Notes: generated from the letters alone by a model not told the origin. DNA of 64,000 nucleotides from Paludibacteraceae bacterium (GCA_029974315.1 JARKSE010000128.1:85-64084), one strand, 5' to 3'; positions 40,808-49,677 are shown, counted from the first letter of the stretch. A program made the numbers and translations.

Positions 40808-42922
40808 TTAATTTCCCATTAGTAAAGTAACCGTCTGTCCTCGCATAGCTTTTACACCGGGCTGCACCGATTGACTTTTAACTTTTCCTCGCCCATATAA
40901 TTGTACATGCAAACCAACGCGTTCCATTAAATACACCGCATCTTTAGCACCCATACCCACTACGTTGGGCACATGATAGTCGGGCACTTGAATTGGTTCA
41001 GTTGTGTAATTTTGTTCAACTTTCACACGCCCCCAAGTTTCACCACGGCTCAAATAATCAAAGCTTAATTCGTCCAAAACTTCCAATAGCGCTGGCGTAT
41101 TACCCGCCTTAGCAAAAGGTAAACCTGGCACTACTGTATCCACCACATGAGCTTGTACGCTTTGAGCATATACACGTTCGGCTATAGTTCTAAATACACG
41201 ACCACTCATCAAACCGCCAGAGGGATAGCCATTACGAGGTTGGCGAATAACTACAATGGCTGAATACATCGGTTTATCGGTGGGAAAATAACCACAAAAC
41301 GACACTTGATGCGTCACAGGTTGACCTTTACCATATTGTAATTGAGCCGTACCCGTTTTACCTGCAATTGAAACATAATCAGAACGAACTGCTTTCCCTG
41401 TGCCCTCTTCTACTACAGCTTCTAACATTAATTTTATATCGTGCAACGTAGATGTTGAGCAAATTGAGGAATTGATAGTTTCTGTATCGAATGTTTCCAA
41501 AATACGACCATTTTGGCTAATCGATTTTACAAAATAAGGGCGAATGTATTTCCCTTTATTGGCTATGGCATTGTAAAAAGCTAACGTATAAATAGGTGGC
41601 ATTTGAACCTCGTAACCAATTGACATCCATGGAAGTGCAGTTTTATACCAATTTACATTTTTATCTTTTGGGTGACGAATTTTAGGATGACCTGCGCCAG
41701 GAATTTCAATATTCATTGGTTTGCCAAGTCCCATTTTATACAATTGTTCAACAAAAGCACCAGGATTATGAGCAAAATGCTGATCTACTAAACGCGAAAC
41801 ACCAATGTTAGACGAGTGTGCTAACACCTCCTTAACGGTCAACATACCATAACCACCAGTTTTATGGTTGTGGTCAGTCATAACACGATTATACATAGGC
41901 CATTTACCTGTTCCTGTATCAATAGAATCAGTTAGTTTTACTAATTCGTTTTCTAACAACACCATTAACGACATAGTTTTGAATGTTGAACCAGGTTCCG
42001 ACATATCACCTACCGCCATATTCGCAATTTCACGATATTCACCAGGGGCAACCCGCGACATATTGACGCACGCTTTTACTTCACCACTCTTAACGTCCAT
42101 CAACAAAACACAACCTGCCGCTGCATCTATCTCTACTAACCTATCAACCAACGCACGCTCTGCAATATCTTGCATTTCGATATCTAATGTGGTTGTAATA
42201 TCCAAACCATCTTGCGGTTCAACCACTGGCACATATACCCAGCGGCTACCAAGCAACTCACATTTCGCTACGCCTGGTTTACCACGCAACAACGAATCGT
42301 ACGCCAACTCCAAACCAAATTGCCCACCTTTGTCTCCATCACCGTAAATATTCCCAATTGTCCTCGACGCCAAAGAACCAAAAGGTTTAATTCGTTTTAC
42401 AAATTCACGCTCTATCAAACCACTTGCGTTGCGTCCCTTACGGAATAGCGGAAATTGCTTAACCTCTTTCAAATCCGCATACGTTATTTTTTTCGGATAT
42501 AATAACAAGTTTCCTTTGCCTGCTTTATAACCTTTTGTAATATGACGACGATATTCTGCTGCCGAGCGATCACCAAATTTACGCGATAAACACAAAGCCA
42601 ATGAATCTATGTTTTTCTTAAACTCTTGACCATTGTCCTTATGTAACGCTTCAACACGTGTGTCCATATAGAGGTAATAATAAGGAATTGTACTCGCCAT
42701 TAATTTGCCATCATGTGAATAAATATTTCCTCTATTTGCAGGAAGCTCTTTATCTGGACGCTCTAAACGTTCTGAAACTGCCATCCATTTGTCTTTTTCA
42801 ACCACTTGAATAAAAACCATCTTAGCAATAGCCAACAAAAACAACACAACCATTAATAAATATACAATGGCAAATCGTACTAATATGGAATGATGCGTTG
42901 ACGACATACAGCTACTTATCAC
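40808..42922 (-). CDS. ftsI: penicillin-binding protein (class B transpeptidase, PBP3/FtsI type)
   Basis: 704-aa ORF with an N-terminal TM anchor, the motifs STFK (GSTFKT), SSN and KTGT, and a C-terminal PASTA-like extension. Confidence 0.93.
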   Translation of the reverse strand: MISSCMSSTHHSILVRFAIVYLLMVVLFLLAIAKMVFIQVVEKDKWMAVSERLERPDKELPANRGNIYSHDGKLMASTIPYYYLYMDTRVEALHKDNGQEFKKNIDSLALCLSRKFGDRSAAEYRRHITKGYKAGKGNLLLYPKKITYADLKEVKQFPLFRKGRNASGLIEREFVKRIKPFGSLASRTIGNIYGDGDKGGQFGLELAYDSLLRGKPGVAKCELLGSRWVYVPVVEPQDGLDITTTLDIEMQDIAERALVDRLVEIDAAAGCVLLMDVKSGEVKACVNMSRVAPGEYREIANMAVGDMSEPGSTFKTMSLMVLLENELVKLTDSIDTGTGKWPMYNRVMTDHNHKTGGYGMLTVKEVLAHSSNIGVSRLVDQHFAHNPGAFVEQLYKMGLGKPMNIEIPGAGHPKIRHPKDKNVNWYKTALPWMSIGYEVQMPPIYTLAFYNAIANKGKYIRPYFVKSISQNGRILETFDTETINSSICSTSTLHDIKLMLEAVVEEGTGKAVRSDYVSIAGKTGTAQLQYGKGQPVTHQVSFCGYFPTDKPMYSAIVVIRQPRNGYPSGGLMSGRVFRTIAERVYAQSVQAHVVDTVVPGLPFAKAGNTPALLEVLDELSFDYLSRGETWGRVKVEQNYTTEPIQVPDYHVPNVVGMGAKDAVYLMERVGLHVQLYGRGKVKSQSVQPGVKAMRGQTVTLLMGN

Positions 42923-43293
42923 TTGATAACCACGGCTGGTGGTTCTGTTGATACTTCTAAATTACTCCCTTGTTCACGCAATTTATCGATCACATACGAC
43001 TGACGACTCATTTGCATTAACTCTTCTGAAACAGTTAAAGATTCATATTTAGCATCTATCAGCTCCTTCTTCAAACGATCAATTTCTCGCAATTGAGCCT
43101 CATGCGAAAACCTATTATTTATGTAAAAAAGTGCCAATATCGCTAAAAATAGAACAAATGGTATTTGACGTTGTAACCACTCACGCCCCAAAGCCTCACC
43201 CGAAGCCACATCTTTCAGTGAAATTCGAGGACGTTCAGCACGCTCTTTATTTTTCAAAGCAACTCGCTCTTTTATGTTACTAAAAACTCCCAT
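42919..43293 (-). CDS. ftsL: FtsL-like bitopic cell division protein
   Basis: 124-aa ORF with a single TM segment followed by a coiled coil. It sits between rsmH and ftsI, overlapping ftsI by 4 nt. Confidence 0.75.
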   Translation of the reverse strand: MGVFSNIKERVALKNKERAERPRISLKDVASGEALGREWLQRQIPFVLFLAILALFYINNRFSHEAQLREIDRLKKELIDAKYESLTVSEELMQMSRQSYVIDKLREQGSNLEVSTEPPAVVIK

Positions 43294-43298
43294 CGTTA

Positions 43299-44195
43299 TT
43301 AAAGTTTTTCAGCGATACGTAATTTAGCACTCCTAGCACGAGGGTTTGTATCTACCTCAGCGTCAGAGGGTACAATAACTTTGTTATTCACAGCTTTCAA
43401 AGGAACTTTTACTTGCCCATAAAAATCTTTGTCTGGTTCTCCTTCAAAATTACCTGCCTTAATGTAATTTTTAACCAAGCGATCTTCTAACGAATGGTAC
43501 GTAAGCACCACCAAACGACCTTGAGGCGCCAACACCCGTACCGATTGTTCTAGTAAACTTTTCAAAACATCCATTTCACGATTCACTTCTATACGCAATG
43601 CTTGAAATAGTTTGGCCATATCTTTTTTTTCACGTTCGCGAGAAAAAAAAGACTTTACCACATCTAAAAACTGTGATATCGTTTCAAAAGGAGTCACAGC
43701 ACGAGCCAACACCACCGCCTTTGCAATACGACGTGCTTGTTTTAATTCGCCGTAATAGAAAAAGATATCTGCAAGTTGCTCTTCCGAATAAGTATTCAAT
43801 ACCGAAGCCGCTGTTTGCGAAGCGCGTTTATTCATACGCATATCCAAATCACCCTCAAAACGAAAAGAAAAACCACGTGTATCATCGTCAAAATGATGCG
43901 ACGAGACACCCAAATCTGCCAGAATACCATCTACCTGTTCTACGCCGTGATAACGCAAAAAATTACTCAAATAACGGAAGTTGCTATGAACAAACGTAAA
44001 CCGTTTATCAGCCAATGCATTTTTCATAGCATCTTCGTCTTGATCAAAACCAAACAAACGTCCATTTTTACCAAGACGCTCCAAAATAGCACGAGAATGA
44101 CCACCACCACCAAATGTCACGTCCACATACACACCACTCGGTTTGACATTTAAACCGTCCAGCGTTTCATTTAATAATACAGGCACATGATACAT
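43299..44195 (-). CDS. rsmH: 16S rRNA (cytosine1402-N4)-methyltransferase
   Basis: Starts MYHVPVLLNETL, with GGGGHS and DLGVSSHH. I trimmed the track ORF by 12 codons, because the extension overlaps the mraZ 3' end. Confidence 0.94.
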   Translation of the reverse strand: MYHVPVLLNETLDGLNVKPSGVYVDVTFGGGGHSRAILERLGKNGRLFGFDQDEDAMKNALADKRFTFVHSNFRYLSNFLRYHGVEQVDGILADLGVSSHHFDDDTRGFSFRFEGDLDMRMNKRASQTAASVLNTYSEEQLADIFFYYGELKQARRIAKAVVLARAVTPFETISQFLDVVKSFFSREREKKDMAKLFQALRIEVNREMDVLKSLLEQSVRVLAPQGRLVVLTYHSLEDRLVKNYIKAGNFEGEPDKDFYGQVKVPLKAVNNKVIVPSDAEVDTNPRARSAKLRIAEKL

Positions 44196-44227
44196 AAACA
44201 ACAGCAGTCTATTTATTTTTTTTAAAA

Positions 44228-44686
44228 TCAATCAATATTTTTCTTCATCATTTTTTCAGCTAACCGTTTCGCAAAATCATCAGACGACAAGCAAGAACGT
44301 TGGTATGTTACCTTATCCCACAAAGCAATGCGGTCAAGCATTCCCACAAAAAGCACCTCTTGCGAAGCACCTATTTGCTGAAAATAGCGTTTCGAAATCA
44401 ATACACGACCTTGCGAGTCAATGTCCAACCACTCTGCATCGGACACAAACTGCATCAAGAGCATTTGATCATCAGAATTCCACTCGTCCAACTTTTCTTT
44501 AAAGTCGGCAACTTTACGATTCCAAACGCCTTCTGGATATAAAATCAAGCAAGCATTATTAGGGTCTATACGCATCACCAAACGCTCCCGCTCACCTTCC
44601 GGGAGCTGTTTGCGATAAGATGCAGGAATAAAAATACGCCCTTTAACATCAGCTTTTGCCTCGATATTCCCAATAAATGTTGACAT
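44228..44686 (-). CDS. mraZ: transcriptional regulator MraZ
   Basis: 152-aa ORF with a duplicated SpoVT/AbrB-like fold (KGRIFIPASYR and QGRVLISKRY). It is the first gene of the dcw cluster. Confidence 0.93.
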   Translation of the reverse strand: MSTFIGNIEAKADVKGRIFIPASYRKQLPEGERERLVMRIDPNNACLILYPEGVWNRKVADFKEKLDEWNSDDQMLLMQFVSDAEWLDIDSQGRVLISKRYFQQIGASQEVLFVGMLDRIALWDKVTYQRSCLSSDDFAKRLAEKMMKKNID

Positions 44687-44738
44687 AACACTCCTTATTA
44701 GTTATTTTGGGTGTAAAATTACAATATATATTTAAAAC

Positions 44739-44756
44739 TCCCCACATTTCCCCACA
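44739..44756 (-). promoter_or_regulatory. candidate MraZ operator: two TGTGGGGA direct repeats with 10-bp periodicity
   Basis: The plus strand reads tccccacaTTtccccaca (44739-46 and 44749-56), 53-70 nt upstream of the mraZ ATG. It matches the GTGGG-type repeats with 10-nt spacing known as MraZ boxes. Confidence 0.55.
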
Positions 44757-45053
44757 AAAAACTTATCAACAGTTTTTTATTGATAAATAAACAATAAAAA
44801 CAGAGTTATCAACAACTTATAAATACGATAAAAGAACGAATTTAATTTTATAAAAAACTGATTTTAAGAAAATTAAAAAAAATAATTAGAATAATACTAT
44901 TTAAATGGATAAAAGTGGGGAGTTTTTACGATATATTCCCTCGGAAATATACCATAAATACTTATTAGAAAGACATTTAAGCCAGAAAGCGCCTTTTTAT
45001 CGAACATCTTATGATTTTCTTAAAAAATATTTTGCCATGCAGAAAAAACATCG

Positions 45054-45061
45054 TATATTTG
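45054..45061 (+). promoter_or_regulatory. -7 promoter motif TATATTTG (infC-rpmI-rplT)
   Basis: Perfect TAnnTTTG match, 73 nt upstream of the infC start region. Confidence 0.5.
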
Positions 45062-45133
45062 CGAGCCTAAAAATAGAACAGAAAACCAATATTAACCTTA
45101 ATCTATCTGGAGGACTGCGAAATAGCTAAGCAA

Positions 45134-45670
45134 TTGATTAACAGAAAGAAGAACGAAGAAGAACACCGTATTAATGAAAAAATTCGTGGTGTAAAAGAAG
45201 TTCGTTTAGTCGGCGAAAATGTCGAAGTGGGCGTTTATTCTATAGAACGTGCACTAGCAATAGCTGATGATTTGGAGCTTGATCTGGTTGAAATTTCACC
45301 TAATGCAGAACCGCCTGTATGTCGTGTTGTTGATTATCAAAAATTCCTCTATCAACGTAAGAAGAGAGAAAAAGAGATCAAAGCTAAAACTGTAAAAATG
45401 GTGGTGAAAGAGATTCGTTTCGGTCCACAAACTGATGAGCACGATTACAATTTCAAGCTAAAACATGCTCAGTCTTTTATTAAAGATGGTTATAAAGTTA
45501 GAGCCTTCGTATTTTTTAAAGGACGTTCTATTCTCTTCAAGGAGCAAGGTGAAGTGTTATTACTCCGTCTTGCAAGTGATTTAGAAGAGATTGCAAAAGT
45601 AGATTCATTACCAGTACTTGAAGGCAAACGTATGGTAATTACCTTATCGCCTAAGAGTACAAAGAAATAA
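45134..45670 (+). CDS. infC: translation initiation factor IF-3 (non-ATG start)
   Basis: The ORF reads [26 protein letters not shown] and [25 protein letters not shown]. The frame opens after the TAG at 45074-76 and has no ATG before the conserved core. Candidate starts are TTG 45134, ATT 45137 and ATA 45122. Confidence 0.9.
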   Translation: MINRKKNEEEHRINEKIRGVKEVRLVGENVEVGVYSIERALAIADDLELDLVEISPNAEPPVCRVVDYQKFLYQRKKREKEIKAKTVKMVVKEIRFGPQTDEHDYNFKLKHAQSFIKDGYKVRAFVFFKGRSILFKEQGEVLLLRLASDLEEIAKVDSLPVLEGKRMVITLSPKSTKK

Positions 45671-45703
45671 AAAAGTTTTTTATTAATTTAATTATACTGA
45701 GAA

Positions 45704-45901
45704 ATGCCAAAAATGAAAACTAATTCCGGTGCCAAAAAGAGGTTTGCCCTTACCGGAACAGGAAAAATCAAACGGAAACACGCTTTTAAAAGCCACATTC
45801 TGACAAAAAAAACGACTAAACAAAAACGCAACTTAACTCAGACTGATATTGTTAGCCCAGCTGACGAAAAAAGCATTAAGTCATTATTAGCGATCAGATA
45901 A
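45704..45901 (+). CDS. rpmI: 50S ribosomal protein L35
   Basis: 65-aa ORF beginning [14 protein letters not shown]. Confidence 0.95.
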   Translation: MPKMKTNSGAKKRFALTGTGKIKRKHAFKSHILTKKTTKQKRNLTQTDIVSPADEKSIKSLLAIR

Positions 45902-45926
45902 CTTTTAATAGCAAAAAATTAACTCT

Positions 45927-45949
45927 AGTGATTAACCGAGTGATTAGCC
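45927..45949 (+). repeat. imperfect direct repeat AGTGATTA(A/G)CC x2 (12-nt period) in the rpmI-rplT spacer
   Basis: Read directly: 45927-45937 and 45939-45949 match at 10 of 11 positions. A TTCCA-ACAA-TGGAA hairpin follows at about 45955-45968. Confidence 0.8.
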
Positions 45950-45995
45950 TAAAGATTCCAACAATGGAACGCTAACATTCAAAAAAGAAAAAATT

Positions 45996-46349
45996 ATGCC
46001 AAGATCAGTAAATCACGTTGCTTCAAGAGCAAAACGTAAAAGAATTTTAAAACTTACCCGTGGGTATTTTGGTGCACGTCGTAACGTGTGGACGGTAGCA
46101 AAAAATACGTGGGAAAAAGGTTTGCAGTATGCTTATCGCGACCGTAAAACCAAAAAACGTAATTTCCGCTCTTTGTGGATTCAACGTATCAATGCGGCTG
46201 CTCGCATGGAAGGAATGTCTTATTCTCAATTTATGGGTGCTTTACACAAATCAGGTGTTGCTATAAACCGTAAAGTTTTAGCAGATCTTGCAATGAATCA
46301 TCCAGAAGCATTCAAAGCTATTGTAAAAAAAGCTGCTAAAGCGAAATAA
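45996..46349 (+). CDS. rplT: 50S ribosomal protein L20
   Basis: 117-aa ORF with [30 protein letters not shown]. Confidence 0.96.
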   Translation: MPRSVNHVASRAKRKRILKLTRGYFGARRNVWTVAKNTWEKGLQYAYRDRKTKKRNFRSLWIQRINAAARMEGMSYSQFMGALHKSGVAINRKVLADLAMNHPEAFKAIVKKAAKAK

Positions 46350-46373
46350 GTACAAAACTTATTCGACACAAAT

Positions 46374-46411
46374 AAAAAAAAAGAGAACACTACACGGTGT
46401 TCTCTTTTTTT
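46374..46411. terminator. bidirectional intrinsic terminator (rplT + / DJ-1 gene -)
   Basis: 9-bp stem agagaacac / gtgttctct with a 6-nt loop, flanked by A9 and T7 runs. Confidence 0.8.
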
Positions 46412-46434
46412 CTATTTATTGTTGTATATTTTAT

Positions 46435-46977
46435 TTAAAACATGCCTTGCCTAATAGCATCTGCTACTTCACTGCCTTTAATGGACTTCACTAACTGTAA
46501 TGCAAACTCTAACGCATAAGCAGGTCCTTTAGCTGTTACCACACGTTGCGATTGTACCACGTTTTGTTTGCTCAAATGCGCACCTTGTAATTCATGCTCA
46601 AAACCTGGATAACAAATAGCCTCTACGCCTTTCAATATGCCTAAACGACCAAACACCAAAGGTGCTGCACAAATAGCTGCCAAAGGTTTTTGTGCCTCGT
46701 GGTGATGTTTTAAATGCATGGTGAGCTGTTCGCAATTCGCCAAATTAGTTGACCCCGGCATACCTCCTGGTAAAATCAAATATTCAGCTGTGGCAAAATC
46801 AACATCTTTCAAAAGGCAATCAGCAACAACTGGTATATTGTGTGCACCAATAACCGTCAAATCATCAGTAATAGATACCATTTTTACTTCAATCTCAGCA
46901 CGACGTAAAACATCAATCACTGTTAACGCTTCAATCTCTTCAAATCCTGAAGCTAAAAAAAGATAATTCATAATCAC
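46435..46977 (-). CDS. DJ-1/PfpI family protein
   Basis: 180-aa ORF with EEIEALTVIDVLRRA and the nucleophile elbow AAICAAP. Confidence 0.88.
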   Translation of the reverse strand: MIMNYLFLASGFEEIEALTVIDVLRRAEIEVKMVSITDDLTVIGAHNIPVVADCLLKDVDFATAEYLILPGGMPGSTNLANCEQLTMHLKHHHEAQKPLAAICAAPLVFGRLGILKGVEAICYPGFEHELQGAHLSKQNVVQSQRVVTAKGPAYALEFALQLVKSIKGSEVADAIRQGMF

Positions 46978-46983
46978 CTAAAT

Positions 46984-47730
46984 TTAATTCAACCTAAATT
47001 GATAAGTAATAGTGCCTATAGCCACATCACTACCAGGCGTAAACTTGGTACGCTTGGCTGCTTGAAGCGAAGCATCGCGTAACTCTTTATCGCTTATATT
47101 GGAAACGGGATCAATAGAGACGTCTGTAACATTACCTGCTCTATCTACACGAATTTTAACAACAACACGGCCTTCTTGCTGTCCACTATAAGCTGGCTTG
47201 GGCAAGCCGCCACTTAATGAACGCCCTGCTAGCGACCACGAATGTCCTCCAGACGAACCTGAACCCGCAGGGTTGCCTTGCATAGCATCGCCAACCGTAC
47301 TACCACTTCCAGAGCCTGAGGGTTTACCAAACACTCCGGCAGCAGTTTTAGCCTGATCAATCTTGCGTTGATTCTCGGCAGCAATGCGTTGTTCTTCAAG
47401 ACGTCGCTGTTCCTCCAATAATCGTTGACGCTCCTCTTCTTTACGTTTTTTCTCCTTCTCTTGGGCTGCTAATACCACCGATTCATCCTCCTGAGTCATC
47501 AAATCTTCATCGTCAGGAGTTGATACGTCTGAGACAGCGGGTTCTGCAGAAATAGTTGGATCTGCTAACTCCGATTGCCCAAAACCTTCGATTTCTTCGC
47601 CAAAACTAACCATAAGGCCTTCATCTATATTCTTTTTAGATACAGAAAAACCAAACAGCAGCAAAATAGCTAACACTATCCCGCAAACAACAACCGTTCC
47701 GATAGATGCGTATAGTTCAGATTTTTTCAT
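46984..47730 (-). CDS. TonB/TolA-family energy transducer
   Basis: 248-aa ORF with an N-terminal TM anchor and a charged coiled-coil linker (EKEKKRKEEERQRLLEEQRRLEEQR). A Gly/Ser-rich segment follows, then a TonB_C-like domain (GRVVVKIRVDRAGNVTDV). Confidence 0.8.
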   Translation of the reverse strand: MKKSELYASIGTVVVCGIVLAILLLFGFSVSKKNIDEGLMVSFGEEIEGFGQSELADPTISAEPAVSDVSTPDDEDLMTQEDESVVLAAQEKEKKRKEEERQRLLEEQRRLEEQRIAAENQRKIDQAKTAAGVFGKPSGSGSGSTVGDAMQGNPAGSGSSGGHSWSLAGRSLSGGLPKPAYSGQQEGRVVVKIRVDRAGNVTDVSIDPVSNISDKELRDASLQAAKRTKFTPGSDVAIGTITYQFRLN

Positions 47731-48147
47731 TTATTTTTCAGCGACTCGAGTTGCAATAACTAACTTCATTTTATTTTGATTGGCAATATCCAATACACGT
47801 ACAACCTGTTTGTAAGGCACTTCTTCATCAGCATGAAGAGCCACATACAAGGTCGAATCAGCAGCTTGAGCTGCTTTCAATATTGGTTCAAGGCGCTCAA
47901 AATCAATATACTGAGGAGCTTCTGCGCCTTCGGCAATACTGAATGACCCATCACGGTCGATACCAACCTTCACGATATTTGCCTTGGTTGCTGTTTTAGC
48001 TTTACTTTGAGGCAAATTCACTTTCATGTCGTTTGGTGAAGACATTGTTGAAGCTATCATAAAAAATAATAGCAATAAAAAGATAATGTCTGTCATCGAC
48101 GACATGCTAAAAGATGCATCAATTTTATTTCTTTTTTTTATAGCCAT
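47731..48147 (-). CDS. exbD: biopolymer transporter ExbD/TolR
   Basis: 138-aa ORF with the N-terminal TM segment MTDIIFLLLLFFMI containing the conserved Asp, and a periplasmic domain. Confidence 0.9.
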   Translation of the reverse strand: MAIKKRNKIDASFSMSSMTDIIFLLLLFFMIASTMSSPNDMKVNLPQSKAKTATKANIVKVGIDRDGSFSIAEGAEAPQYIDFERLEPILKAAQAADSTLYVALHADEEVPYKQVVRVLDIANQNKMKLVIATRVAEK

Positions 48148-48175
48148 ATCTTACATATTTTGACCAGTCGTCAAG

Positions 48176-48931
48176 TTATTTTTTACCAGCCGCAGGTTCA
48201 TTCAATAAGTCCATAAATTCCATGCTACGCATTTCTAAACGACGCATAACTTCACCAACTTTCCCTACTAAATAGTTGTAGGCAAAAAAAGCACAAACGC
48301 CCACAATTAAGCCAGCAACTGTGGTTACCATTGCCGTATAAATACCACCCGATAACTGACTCAAATTAACTGTATTACCACCTGCTTGCTCCATTTCAAA
48401 AAACGCTTGAACCATACCTAATACGGTACCCAAAAATCCGAGCATGGGTGCACCACCAGAAGTTGTTGCCAATAAACCGAGCCCTTTCTCCAATTTAGCA
48501 ACTTCAATGTTTCCCACATTTTCAATAGCCACTTGCACGTCACTCATTGGACGACCTAAACGGCTAATACCTTTTTCAATCATACGAGCTGATGGCGAAT
48601 CTGTATCACGACACAAGTTTAATGCCGACTCCAATTTTCCATCATAAATATAATCTTTGATACGATTCATAAAGGACGCATCTTCTTTAGAAGCTTTGTG
48701 CAATGTAATAGTACGTTCTATAAAAATATAGATAGCTAAAATAAACAACAACGCAATAGGGATCATAATCCAACCACCTTTGACAGCCATATCAAAAAAA
48801 CTCAAAGTGGGAGTAGCTTCTGCTACTGGTGCGGTTGTTACAGGTGCTACTACAGGTGCCGCTGTTGGAACGGCTGCCATCATTGTATCAGATACGGCAG
48901 CTACAGTTTGTAATAAAATAGTAAGATTCAT
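48176..48931 (-). CDS. exbB: MotA/TolQ/ExbB proton channel protein
   Basis: 251-aa ORF with the C-terminal channel motif GAPMLGFLGTVLGM and TTVAGLIVG. Confidence 0.9.
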   Translation of the reverse strand: MNLTILLQTVAAVSDTMMAAVPTAAPVVAPVTTAPVAEATPTLSFFDMAVKGGWIMIPIALLFILAIYIFIERTITLHKASKEDASFMNRIKDYIYDGKLESALNLCRDTDSPSARMIEKGISRLGRPMSDVQVAIENVGNIEVAKLEKGLGLLATTSGGAPMLGFLGTVLGMVQAFFEMEQAGGNTVNLSQLSGGIYTAMVTTVAGLIVGVCAFFAYNYLVGKVGEVMRRLEMRSMEFMDLLNEPAAGKK

Positions 48932-48960
48932 ATTAATTTAATTTTTTAGATGTTTTAAAT

Positions 48961-49677
48961 TTATCCCAAACAACATTTTTTATAACGCTTGATGGTTTCT
49001 TCTAGACCAAAGTAAAGTGCATCAGAAATAAGTGCATGCCCTATAGAGACTTCGGCCAAAAAAGGAATTTGATTGCAAAGATACGTCAAATTTTCCAAAC
49101 TCAAATCATGTCCTGCATTCACCTCTAACCCAAATTTGCGAGCATGTTCTGCAGCTTTCAAAAAAGGTTCTACTGCTAACTCTGGTCCGTGCGGATAATT
49201 AACAGCATAAGGTTCTGTATATAATTCGATACGATCAGCACCTAATGCAGCTGCGCGCTCAATGTTGTACAAATCCGTTCCAACAAAAATAGAAACACGA
49301 ATACCCTCTACTTGAAATCGTTCCACAATGGGTTTCAAAAAATCAAAGTAACGATCGCAATCCCATCCAGCATTCGATGTAATAGCATCTGGTGCGTCTG
49401 GAACAAGCGTAACTTGAGCGGGTTTTACAGCACAAACTAACTCAATGAATTCTGGCGAAGGATAACCTTCAATATTAAATTCAGTAGTAAGTACAGGGCG
49501 CAACTCGTACACATCACTTCTACGAATATGACGCTCATCTGGTCGAGGATGGACGGTAATACCTTCAGCTCCAAATTTTTCACAATCAAGGGCTACTTTT
49601 ATCACATTGGGATTGTTACCTCCACGAGAATTTCGAAGCGTAGCTACCTTGTTTATATTTACACTTAATTTTGTCAT
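48961..49677 (-). CDS. pdxJ: pyridoxine 5'-phosphate synthase
   Basis: 238-aa ORF with the PdxJ segments [28 protein letters not shown] and VNAGHDL. Confidence 0.95.
   Translation of the reverse strand: MTKLSVNINKVATLRNSRGGNNPNVIKVALDCEKFGAEGITVHPRPDERHIRRSDVYELRPVLTTEFNIEGYPSPEFIELVCAVKPAQVTLVPDAPDAITSNAGWDCDRYFDFLKPIVERFQVEGIRVSIFVGTDLYNIERAAALGADRIELYTEPYAVNYPHGPELAVEPFLKAAEHARKFGLEVNAGHDLSLENLTYLCNQIPFLAEVSIGHALISDALYFGLEETIKRYKKCCLG

Noticed and set aside
41868-42448. 159-aa and 78-aa plus-strand ORFs antisense to ftsI
   Set aside because: These are shadow frames of a well-supported PBP gene (STFK, SSN and KTGT present on the minus strand). Their composition is low-complexity, Ser/Thr/Pro-rich.
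44905-45129. 74-aa ORF in the mraZ-infC spacer
   Set aside because: It has no recognisable family or signal. It contains the consensus infC promoter (45054-45061) within its body and ends in the infC leader. It is most likely non-coding leader or promoter DNA.
46350-46434. Looked for the Bacteroidales-1 RNA motif, reported to lie downstream of rplT
   Set aside because: Only 85 nt separate rplT from the convergent DJ-1 gene, and a single terminator hairpin fills that gap. There is no room for a separate structured RNA.
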